Positions 13,346 through 20,931 of a DNA stretch of 22,290 nt are shown one piece after another. This DNA is from a virus, in IMG/VR virus record IMGVR_UViG_3300020201_000102, positions 1 through 22,290 of that record; one strand, 5' to 3'. The notes beneath the pieces were generated by a model. The model saw nothing but the letters and a program-made list of their open reading frames with translations, did not search any database and had not been told where the DNA came from. Numbering within the stretch: the stretch's first letter is position 1; each line of letters begins with the position of its first letter. The translations under genes and the position numbers were made by a program.

Positions 13346-15481
13346 ATGGCTCATGAAGTAGAACTACTCGGTAAGTTCCTCGGCACTCGGGCGAAGAATC
13401 CCGACACTGCCGCTTCTCCGTATGACCCGGTCAAAGAGAGTCCACTTGAGCTGGACCTGCCGAACCACGACCTTACCTTCTCCAAGCCTGCCCCATTGCC
13501 ACCTCCACCCAAGGTGGAACTGAGCGCACCGAGCGCCCTCCCGCCTCCTCCAGCGGTGGTCCTAGACCCGATCGATCCCATCCCGGATCCTCCAAAGGTG
13601 ATCCTCTCCGTTCCGGCGGTCCTTCCGCCGGAACCACCGCCGCCAGCTTCCATCCCAGGGATCCTTCCGCCTCCTCCGGCGACCGTCAATATTCTGCCGA
13701 CTCCGCTTCCACCACCGCCGGCGACCGTCAATCTCTTGCCGCATGCGTTGCCACCACCGCCGGCGACCACGAATCTTCTGCCTCACGCGTTGCCACCTCC
13801 TCCGGCGACCGTCAATCTTCTGCCTCACGTACTTCCCCCGCCGCCGGCGACCGTGCGGAGCATCCCCGGACTGCTTCCTCCGCTCCCGTTGACTACAAAG
13901 TCGATTCCGGCCGCGCTTCCTCCTCCTCCAGCGTTCGTGATTCCTCCTTCGAATCAAATCATCATGCCGAAGCCTGCGCCACCGGGTCCACCGCCGTTCG
14001 TAGAACCTCCAGACTTTGAGGTGAAGTACGGACCACTCGACAACAAGCTTGACTGCACTCCTCAGGAAGCTCCAGATCCGAAGCTGGTCAATCCACTGGC
14101 GACACCGAATTCTGGTTACTCTATCCTGGGAGAGACGTACTCTCCACTTCTTGGAGCGGCAGATCCAGGTACGCTCTCTGGCGATCCATTCATGTACGCC
14201 CGCCAGGTGGAACGCCAGCTCCGCATCAGTCCAGGCAAGATCACCCTCCACGCACTCACACAAGTAGGTCTCTTCGCCCAGAACGTCTACGGTACCGTCT
14301 GGAATCCAGCGTTGATGGCTCCCCCTCCGGGAAGCAGTGAGTTTCTTCTGCCGGCTCTGGACCTCGGCGGTGGTGGTATCGGGGCGTTCGACAAGACGAA
14401 CAAGGACAACCAGGAAGGGAAGACAGAGGAGCGCCAAGTCCAGATCGGCGAACTCGTTGATGCCGTCCTTGACAAGACGTTTGAAAAGGGGAACACCACT
14501 GGCAAGAACCTCGTGGGACCGAATCCGGGGTACGGTCCGAACAACGATGCCATCGCCCGCATCGCTCCGAGGCAGAGTCTCTCGCGAGGACTTTCTGCGG
14601 CCTTCGACAATGTCGCCGCAACCATCAGTTCAGTCGCCAAGAACGGTCTGAATCCTCCAAAGTCAAAGGAAGACCTGCTCAAGAAATGGGGGATGGCATT
14701 CGAGAATGGTGTCATGCCGATGCGTCTACGTGGAGATAATAAGTTCGGTTTCCGGACGTTCCAGGGTGGTCCAGGTGGAGGGCCGGGGGATGAGACGTCT
14801 CCAGATTCAGTGTACCTGCCTCTTTGCTTTACGGACCTCCGTCCCGTCGGGAATGTCTACAGGACAGTGTACTTCAGACCGATAATCACGAGCCTGACAG
14901 AAGGTCTTGCTCCTGAGTGGAACAAGGCGCAGTACTACGGACGTGTCGATCCTGTCGCTACGTATATGTCGACCACGCGCACGATCAACATGAGCTTTGA
15001 GCTACACGCGTTTGGTCCAGAAGATGTGAGGACTATTTATCAGAAGCTGCACTGGCTTTCTTCGATGGTATACCCTGAGTACGACAACAATCTTGTGTAC
15101 AAGTCTGGACCGGTCGTTCGTATGCGAGTCGGTGATCTTGTCAACGCTGTCGGTCCCGAGGGTGGACGTGGTTTACCCGGGATCATCGAGAGTCTCGACT
15201 ACGATTACTCAGAGTCACTCTGGGAACTCAAAGAAAACTACAAGCTTCCTCGACAGGTCAAGGTCACTCTTACGTTCACCGTCCTGCACGATCTCCCAAT
15301 CGGCCGTGGAGCTGAGGGAAGGTTTGGCGGTATGGGTCTGATCAATAGCGATGGATTGTACGAGGCTAACCAGATTGATGGTGAGGTCCTTGTTGATTCG
15401 ACGGCCTTCCGGCAGTTCGGCACGGGTGCACCTGTTCGATACAACACTCTGGCTAAAGCCAAAGACGAGACAGAGGAGTAA
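13346..15481 (+). CDS. Baseplate or tube-junction protein (possibly T4 gp48/gp54-like tube cap or initiator) with an N-terminal proline-rich repeat extension
   Basis: The SD is GAGGAT and the product is 711 aa. The C-terminal ~250 aa reads YLPLCFTDLRPVG..VYFRPIITSLTEGLAPEWNKAQYYGRVDPVATYMSTTRTINMSFELHAF..EDVRTIYQKLHWLSSMVYPEY...GPVVRMRVGDL. That resembles the tube-fold cap or initiator pattern as I recall it. The position directly after the tape measure fits this role. Confidence 0.45.
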   Translation: MAHEVELLGKFLGTRAKNPDTAASPYDPVKESPLELDLPNHDLTFSKPAPLPPPPKVELSAPSALPPPPAVVLDPIDPIPDPPKVILSVPAVLPPEPPPPASIPGILPPPPATVNILPTPLPPPPATVNLLPHALPPPPATTNLLPHALPPPPATVNLLPHVLPPPPATVRSIPGLLPPLPLTTKSIPAALPPPPAFVIPPSNQIIMPKPAPPGPPPFVEPPDFEVKYGPLDNKLDCTPQEAPDPKLVNPLATPNSGYSILGETYSPLLGAADPGTLSGDPFMYARQVERQLRISPGKITLHALTQVGLFAQNVYGTVWNPALMAPPPGSSEFLLPALDLGGGGIGAFDKTNKDNQEGKTEERQVQIGELVDAVLDKTFEKGNTTGKNLVGPNPGYGPNNDAIARIAPRQSLSRGLSAAFDNVAATISSVAKNGLNPPKSKEDLLKKWGMAFENGVMPMRLRGDNKFGFRTFQGGPGGGPGDETSPDSVYLPLCFTDLRPVGNVYRTVYFRPIITSLTEGLAPEWNKAQYYGRVDPVATYMSTTRTINMSFELHAFGPEDVRTIYQKLHWLSSMVYPEYDNNLVYKSGPVVRMRVGDLVNAVGPEGGRGLPGIIESLDYDYSESLWELKENYKLPRQVKVTLTFTVLHDLPIGRGAEGRFGGMGLINSDGLYEANQIDGEVLVDSTAFRQFGTGAPVRYNTLAKAKDETEE
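13487..13945 (+). repeat. Degenerate in-frame 42-bp (14-aa) tandem repeats encoding LPPPPATVNLLPHA-type units
   Basis: About 10 units: PLPPPPKVELSAPSA / LPPPPAVVLDP.. / ILPPPPATVNILPTP / LPPPPATVNLLPHA / LPPPPATTNLLPHA / LPPPPATVNLLPHV / LPPPPATVRSIPGL / LPPLPLTTKSIPAA / LPPPPAFVIPP. Confidence 0.85.
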
Positions 15482-15484
15482 TCG

Positions 15485-15799
15485 ATGGCTAAGAGTCGCC
15501 ACAGCGATACTGGATTGGTCGATGGGAAGCACTACAAGAGCTTCATCCTTCCCAAGGCGGCCGCGGGATTAAAGAATGTCGACCTCCTCCAAGGGGTCAA
15601 GACGACTGAGTACGTCTACAAGGCTGCCGATCGACTTGACCATGTTGCTGCCAAGTTTCTCGGTGATGATCAATACTGGTGGGTGATCGCCCTCGTCAAC
15701 GGAATCAACTATCCATTCGCGTCTGGTGGTCTGGTACCAGGACGTGTGCTTAGGATCCCTGTCTTTGTGAAGGACGTCCTTGATAAGCTGTTGGGGTGA
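15485..15799 (+). CDS. LysM-like tail or baseplate protein (P2 gpX / T4 gp53 LysM type)
   Basis: YVYKAADRLDHVAAKFLGDDQYWWVIALVNGINYPFASGGLVPGRVLRIP fits the LysM/gpX pattern Y.V..GD.LD.IA....G....W..I...N......L..G..L.IP. The SD is GAGGAG. Confidence 0.75.
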   Translation: MAKSRHSDTGLVDGKHYKSFILPKAAAGLKNVDLLQGVKTTEYVYKAADRLDHVAAKFLGDDQYWWVIALVNGINYPFASGGLVPGRVLRIPVFVKDVLDKLLG

Positions 15800-15802
15800 T
15801 GC

Positions 15803-17563
15803 ATGCCTTACGAAAATCCAGAACATTTTCAGGTTCAGGGGAAGGATGATAAGCCGTTCGCGCTCGTCTCTCAGGCGGCCGTTGAACTTCTTGAAGGGAT
15901 CCTTCCGGCTGAGAAGGCTCAGTCTGTCCCGTACATCTTGATCTGGCAGATCGATCCGTCGACAGGGAAAGCCAAAAACAGTCCATTGTCCAATGGGTAT
16001 TCCGAATTCCCCCTCAGCCTTGCATACGTCGAGCCACCGAAATTCGGAGCACAAGTGGGTGCCGAATTCAGGTTCCGGGAGCGTCCCCCAGTGTCGCTGG
16101 AACGCATCTCTATCAAGTCACAGAACCCACGTGGACTGATCATGTACCGGTTGGTAGAACTCAACTTCACGGTCCACCGTCCCGACGTTGTCTTTGGCGA
16201 ACCAGCAGTTGACGGACATGATGCTTGGTCTTCCCTAGTCAACCTCGGTACAGTACACGCGCTTGAATACGGTTGGTCATCATCCCAAGGAGTCAAGAAC
16301 GGTATTCTGAATGGTGAGGGATTCTCCGATCCCAACAAGGATGTTGCCATCACCGGAAGACAACAGGTCAGATTCGTCGTGACGAGCTATACGTTTACCA
16401 TCCAACCGGACAATCAGATCAAGTTCGTCATCAAGGGATTTGAAGATGGTGAGTTCAACTTGCGTCAGGCAGAGATCGCGAAGAACCCGGCCACCGATGC
16501 TCAGAAGAAAGAATCTGGGAAGATAAAGATCAAAGAGAAGACCGATCCAAACTCCTACGACGGAAAGCCAATTAAGGATTTGATAAAGAAGCTTCAGGAC
16601 GACGTGGCCGGAAACGCCACTAATGACAGGAAAAAAGGTGGTAAGGTCGTGTTCTTTGGAAAGCTCTTCGACGTCGTCTTTGCTAAGAAGATCGAAGAGG
16701 CGTACAAAGAGTTGGGCTATGAGCTTGAAGGAATCTTCATGGGGAGATTCAACGGTCGCTGCGGCACTCCGGCTCCGAAGTATGGTTCGACCAGCATGAA
16801 GGACGCTCCTATCTCAGACTTTACGTTCCCGCTTGACGACATAGAGAAACACTTTCGGGAACTCATCAAAGCTGGAGCTCAGTTGACGCTTCATAACTTC
16901 ATTAACTCGTTCCTTCGTTTGTTCGAACAGCAACACGTCTGGGACAGGAAGGATGGAAAGAACGACAAGGACACGACCGTCCCTCAGATCCACATGCGAA
17001 GTATCCAACGTCGGGACCGCGGTGGCAAGTTGAAGGTGTCGTTTCATATTTTCGATGCGACCAGAGAGTTTACCAAGTTTACCAAGGACGATTCTCAAAA
17101 GCTTCCGAAGGAGAACCAGACCAGGGCAAACATTAAGAAGATCGTTCAAGACAAGGGAATCCCGTTCGTCTCTCTTGTACGCGCCAACTCGTTTGTCAAA
17201 GACTGTAACTTCGACACAGTGATGGATGAGCAGCAGGCCGGTATTCTCATGCGTCGGGCTCTGACCGAATCTTCGACACGGCAGGCAAAGGTTGAGAACG
17301 CCGACCTGGCATCAAAGGAGAATAGGCTCGTCGGGGCTGTACAACTCTTCTCCCCCGTCATCAACGGGAATATCACGATGATTGGGAACTTCGTCTTTGA
17401 TGTCTTCGCCCTCATTTGGATAGAGTTTGGAGTCAGGCAGTGGGATGGTCCTTTCAACATCGCCGAGAAGGAAGACCTCATCACGCGTGGTGATTTCACC
17501 ACGACTCTCAAGCTTTACTCCGCCGGTACTGACCCACTCGGGACCAAGGCGTCCAAGAAGTAA
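15803..17563 (+). CDS. Large virion protein; candidate baseplate hub (gp27/gpD-like) by position only
   Basis: A 586-aa ORF that starts 4 nt after the LysM gene. Tape measure, tube initiator, LysM, hub is the order seen in other contractile-tail modules. I recognised no diagnostic motif. Confidence 0.35.
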   Translation: MPYENPEHFQVQGKDDKPFALVSQAAVELLEGILPAEKAQSVPYILIWQIDPSTGKAKNSPLSNGYSEFPLSLAYVEPPKFGAQVGAEFRFRERPPVSLERISIKSQNPRGLIMYRLVELNFTVHRPDVVFGEPAVDGHDAWSSLVNLGTVHALEYGWSSSQGVKNGILNGEGFSDPNKDVAITGRQQVRFVVTSYTFTIQPDNQIKFVIKGFEDGEFNLRQAEIAKNPATDAQKKESGKIKIKEKTDPNSYDGKPIKDLIKKLQDDVAGNATNDRKKGGKVVFFGKLFDVVFAKKIEEAYKELGYELEGIFMGRFNGRCGTPAPKYGSTSMKDAPISDFTFPLDDIEKHFRELIKAGAQLTLHNFINSFLRLFEQQHVWDRKDGKNDKDTTVPQIHMRSIQRRDRGGKLKVSFHIFDATREFTKFTKDDSQKLPKENQTRANIKKIVQDKGIPFVSLVRANSFVKDCNFDTVMDEQQAGILMRRALTESSTRQAKVENADLASKENRLVGAVQLFSPVINGNITMIGNFVFDVFALIWIEFGVRQWDGPFNIAEKEDLITRGDFTTTLKLYSAGTDPLGTKASKK

Positions 17564-17596
17564 ACCTCTCGTCACATCATATGATAAGATGGTGGC

Positions 17597-18976
17597 ATGT
17601 ACAAATTCATCGATGGGTACCTCGATCGCTCCCATCATTACGAGATCTTTCAGGACGGAATCGTTACTTCTGGCAAACATGATCCTCTTATCCGAGTTAG
17701 AGTTCCGGAACGTATAGTCTGTTTCGATTCACGGAAGATCTTCGCTCTCGGTGTAGAACAGGACTCTCTTTACCCTAGTCCTGTATACGACATTAAGCTA
17801 CTATACAGCCACGATGGAGAGCTCTCTCGCCTGGTTCGTAGCATCGATATCCCGATCCGTGGGGATTACCTTGAGCTGGAGAAACGCTTCTCTGCGCACA
17901 CCAAGGCCATTGTTGCAGGTAAGGTGGATGTGGAGACGATCCCACTCCGAGAGTTGATCCCTGATGATCTTCGCCACGAGTATATGTACGCTCGACTCTC
18001 GGCGATGAGACAGCTTTGGGAGAGGTTGACCGAGAAGGACTTGGTCAACTACGAAAAGAATGTGTATCCGATCTACCAGGACATTCTCATCATCGAGAAA
18101 GCTGGGATAAAGATCGACGAGACGTATGTCGCCTCACAGCTTAAGAGGAATGACTTGGCCTCTCATGAGGACAGTTTTTTCAAGAACATTATTGGAAACA
18201 CGAAGAACGGCTTCGCGAAGACGAAGATAAGTCCAGTCGGTTCGAAGACTTGGCGGCTTCGTGTGGAGGGTGGATTCAATTGCATGGCGATCCCACATGG
18301 CGTATGCCGCAAGGCGATCGTTAGCAGGTTCGATGGAGGTACAATCACTACATTTGATTTCAATGCTATTGACTACCGTTGTCTGGTAAGGGCGACAGGC
18401 GATGACAAGTTGAACGAATTCTACGGTGGGTGCCGAGACTTTCACACTCGGACCGCGTCAATCCTGGGGGAAGTGACGCCAGAACTGCGAGTGTCAACAA
18501 AGAAGATCGCCTACACACACATCTACGGTGGATCGACCGAGACCCTCCAGAAACAGACGCTTCTTCCCAGAGCAGTCCTCGCCGAACGAATACAGAAACT
18601 AGACGTGCTGTTCGCCCCAATCACCGACTTCAGGAAGCGCTTGAGCGACCAATCGAGGATCGACGGCTTCCTCATCACTCCTGGCGGTCACGTCGTGAAG
18701 ATTGAGAAGGGAGACCACGATGGCAAGATCATCGGACTTTTCGGCCAGACATACAGTTCGTCAATCTTCAATGTGGCGGTGAAGGTTGTCAACAACATTT
18801 TGAAGATTAGGAATAGACAGAGTCGGATAATCTTCACTGTGCACGATGAGATCGTGCTTGATCTCCACCCTGACGAACGGGAGCTATTGAAAAATCTGGC
18901 AGATGCAATGGAAGTGGCGACAGGATTCGTGGTCAAGGAAAAGGAAGGGAAAAGCTATGGCGAAGCAACCGACTGA
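17597..18976 (+). CDS. Family-A (Pol I-like) DNA polymerase, polymerase domain only, with no recognisable 3'-5' exonuclease motifs
   Basis: Motif A is TTFDFNAIDYRCLV (canonical DYSQIELR). Motif B is RVSTKKIAYTHIYGG, with R...K...Y...YG spacing. Motif C is IIFTVHDEIVLD. Also present are TWRLRVEGGFNCMAIP (canonical TGRLS..PNLQNIP), IIEKAGIKIDETY (canonical ME..G..VD) and DFHTRTA (canonical DIH..TA). The product is only 459 aa. Confidence 0.85.
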   Translation: MYKFIDGYLDRSHHYEIFQDGIVTSGKHDPLIRVRVPERIVCFDSRKIFALGVEQDSLYPSPVYDIKLLYSHDGELSRLVRSIDIPIRGDYLELEKRFSAHTKAIVAGKVDVETIPLRELIPDDLRHEYMYARLSAMRQLWERLTEKDLVNYEKNVYPIYQDILIIEKAGIKIDETYVASQLKRNDLASHEDSFFKNIIGNTKNGFAKTKISPVGSKTWRLRVEGGFNCMAIPHGVCRKAIVSRFDGGTITTFDFNAIDYRCLVRATGDDKLNEFYGGCRDFHTRTASILGEVTPELRVSTKKIAYTHIYGGSTETLQKQTLLPRAVLAERIQKLDVLFAPITDFRKRLSDQSRIDGFLITPGGHVVKIEKGDHDGKIIGLFGQTYSSSIFNVAVKVVNNILKIRNRQSRIIFTVHDEIVLDLHPDERELLKNLADAMEVATGFVVKEKEGKSYGEATD

Positions 18977-19550
18977 AGAAGAGATCATCCAAGCTGCCGA
19001 ACGTCTCACGGGATTTTTCGACTTCCTTCCCGAACCGCGAAGGGACCTGGTTCGAAAGATGATGGATGGTCCCGTCGGTCAGCAGTATTCGACGTGTCCA
19101 GCCTCCTCGAGGGATGACTACCACAGCTGCTTCCCAGGTGGTCTCCTTATCCATTCTCTGAACGTAATCAGAAACTTGAACAAACTGTCAAAGGCACTCT
19201 GCCCAGGGAAGTACACTGATTCTACCCTCATATTCGTCGGGGCGTTCCACGATCTCGGGAAGGTGGGAGATGGTGAACAGCCGTACTACGTCCCGAATCC
19301 GTCAGATTGGCACCGGCAAAAGGGCATGCTCTATGAGGTAAACAAAGAGTGCGTCTGGATGCCGACCTCTGAACGAGGCCTCTATATCCTCCAGAAGCAC
19401 GGGATTGAGGTCACTTCTGACGAATATCTGGCGATCCGACTGAACGACGGACAGTATGATGAAGCTAATCGTGGATATCGGATGAAAGAACCAGGGCTTG
19501 CGTTGTTGGTCCACTGGGCTGACATGTGGTCGTGTCAGCAAGAGAAATAG
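18957..19550 (+). CDS. HD-domain metal-dependent phosphohydrolase (YhaM-type HD-like)
   Basis: ATG 18957 follows AAGGAAGGGAAAAG and overlaps the polymerase gene by 20 nt. PASSRDDYHSCFPGGLLIHSLNV...LIFVGAFHDLGKV matches the pattern PA....HH...GGLL.H.L.V...L..G..LHDI(G/A)K. Confidence 0.75.
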   Translation: MAKQPTEEEIIQAAERLTGFFDFLPEPRRDLVRKMMDGPVGQQYSTCPASSRDDYHSCFPGGLLIHSLNVIRNLNKLSKALCPGKYTDSTLIFVGAFHDLGKVGDGEQPYYVPNPSDWHRQKGMLYEVNKECVWMPTSERGLYILQKHGIEVTSDEYLAIRLNDGQYDEANRGYRMKEPGLALLVHWADMWSCQQEK

Positions 19551-19627
19551 TCACTTCAAGTCTAAACCCGAGAGGTGGGGCTACTTAAGTTGAGAAGTTC
19601 CGTCCTCTATATCTACGGGAGTCCAGG

Positions 19628-20137
19628 ATGAAAATCAAGAGATCAGTTTTGGAGAGAATCATCCGCGAGGAGCTCGCCAATCACATTCACGAGATGATGG
19701 AGGCTGCCCCAAAGGACAAAGAGGACACCGAAGTCGTCGACGCTTCTGCCGAAAAGAAGAGTAAGGAGAAGCCTGGCGGGAAGGGCGAAGAGAACCCGAC
19801 AAAGCCACAAGGCTCCACCGGCGTGAAGCAGCCAGGTGGAAACGTACCTCCGGAAGTTCAGGTGGCTGACGAGCCAGAAGCTGACGATGAGCTCGCGACC
19901 GACGTCGCCACTCCTGACGAAGAGGAAGATCCAGCAGAGATCACCGGAGGCAAAATCTCCGACGAGATCGCTGGTAAGACTATCCAGTCCATCTCTATGG
20001 AACCGAAGTCCAAGCTCCTGCCAGGTGCTATGGAGATCGCCATGACCTTCAGAGAGATCCCGGATCCGCTCAAGATCCTGATCACGAAAACGGGGCAGGT
20101 GAAATTCCATTTCAAATGGCTTCACAACGAGCTCTGA
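19628..20137 (+). CDS. Hypothetical acidic protein with a disordered, charge-rich centre
   Basis: The SD is GGGAG. The protein starts MKIKRSVLERIIREEL, followed by ~90 aa rich in Lys, Glu, Asp, Pro and Gly, then a short folded-looking C-terminus. Its TGA overlaps the next ATG. Confidence 0.7.
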   Translation: MKIKRSVLERIIREELANHIHEMMEAAPKDKEDTEVVDASAEKKSKEKPGGKGEENPTKPQGSTGVKQPGGNVPPEVQVADEPEADDELATDVATPDEEEDPAEITGGKISDEIAGKTIQSISMEPKSKLLPGAMEIAMTFREIPDPLKILITKTGQVKFHFKWLHNEL

Positions 20138-20928
20138 TGCCGTTTAAGTCTGATCAGCAGAGGAAATGGATGTTTGCGAACGATCCCGAGATGGCAAAGC
20201 GTTGGGCAAAAGATGAAGCTGAACGGAACGGCCACGAAGGATTTGAGGTACAGGACGCCTGCCACGATATGGACCCGCTCGACATTCGAGAGATGCCGCA
20301 TCTTCAAGCCGATATAGAAGCGGGTGGCAAAAAGCTGCATATCGTCGATCTTCGGATCGAGCGGTATCCGATCACACAGGTTGAAAAGCAACGGATGATG
20401 CGTGCATTCGCCAAGACGGGACTAGTTGGTGACTTCAACGGGGAACTTCTTCACTTTCGTCCGGACGGTTCGGCTGACGTCATCGACCAATCTGCCGCTG
20501 CGCAACTTCCGAAGTTGCCAAACGGATGGGACAAGATCATGAAGTTTGTCTCTGAGGCTCACGTCGGTAACCGGTTCATTCCTGACGATGACGAACCGAT
20601 GCTAGAGCCGCTAGCTGTCGCCGGAGATGGTCCCAGCATCCTCAAGGTCTTCATCCGGGAGAACGATGGTAGCATCCCGAAGAATCAAGATCTCCCGGAT
20701 CCAAAGAAGGATGGACAGGAGTTCAAGAAGGTCGGCGTGACATATGCGGTTCAGATGGACGAGCCGTTCACGGTCAAGACCATCGAGAACGACACGGCTG
20801 AAGCCAAAGCTGGAGACTTCCTATGTAAGGGACCGAATGGTGACATGTGGCCCGTCGACCAAGAAGTCTTCAAGCAGACCTACAAGCCTGCCTCACCCAA
20901 GCTGGAAAATGTCTTCAAAAGGAAGTGA
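20137..20928 (+). CDS. Hypothetical protein with a DUF3008-like N-terminal motif (KS.QQR.WMFA..PEMAKRWA)
   Basis: ATG 20137 overlaps the upstream stop (TGATG); the ORF-track start at 20116 is less likely. The N-terminus is MPFKSDQQRKWMFANDPEMAKRWAKDEA. The C-terminus contains GDFLCKGPNGDMWPVDQEVFKQTY. Confidence 0.7.
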   Translation: MPFKSDQQRKWMFANDPEMAKRWAKDEAERNGHEGFEVQDACHDMDPLDIREMPHLQADIEAGGKKLHIVDLRIERYPITQVEKQRMMRAFAKTGLVGDFNGELLHFRPDGSADVIDQSAAAQLPKLPNGWDKIMKFVSEAHVGNRFIPDDDEPMLEPLAVAGDGPSILKVFIRENDGSIPKNQDLPDPKKDGQEFKKVGVTYAVQMDEPFTVKTIENDTAEAKAGDFLCKGPNGDMWPVDQEVFKQTYKPASPKLENVFKRK

Positions 20929-20931
20929 TAC

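Noticed and set aside
12166-13945. Tandem repeats in the tape measure and proline-rich regions as CRISPR or other non-coding arrays
   Set aside because: Both lie inside long open reading frames, have periods that are multiples of 3, and lack unique spacers. They are coding repeats.
17597-19550. The PolA plus HD pair as a DpoZ/DatZ-type 2-aminoadenine (Z-genome) module
   Set aside because: The HD protein shows the YhaM-type PA..HH..GGLL.H signature rather than anything I can tie to DatZ. The polymerase lacks the exonuclease domain expected of DpoZ, and no PurZ-like gene is in the window. It is only worth revisiting if purZ is found elsewhere in the genome.
19553-19598. ACTTCAAGT / ACTTAAGT / GAAGT half-site palindromes in the gap upstream of the FtsZ-like operon, as a tubC-like centromere or operator
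   Set aside because: There are only two or three short AT-rich copies, well within chance expectation. Known tubulin-partition centromeres have many iterated repeats.
6751-19611. A CCTCTA(...)TATAT motif shared by the intergenic regions at 6751-6765 and 19603-19611 (and CCTCTA at 7115), as a phage promoter consensus. I also looked for T4-type late promoters (TATAAATA).
   Set aside because: CCTCTA also occurs inside coding sequence (for example near 306 and near 1199), so the enrichment is unproven. I found no TATAAATA by eye. This needs a proper motif search on the whole genome.
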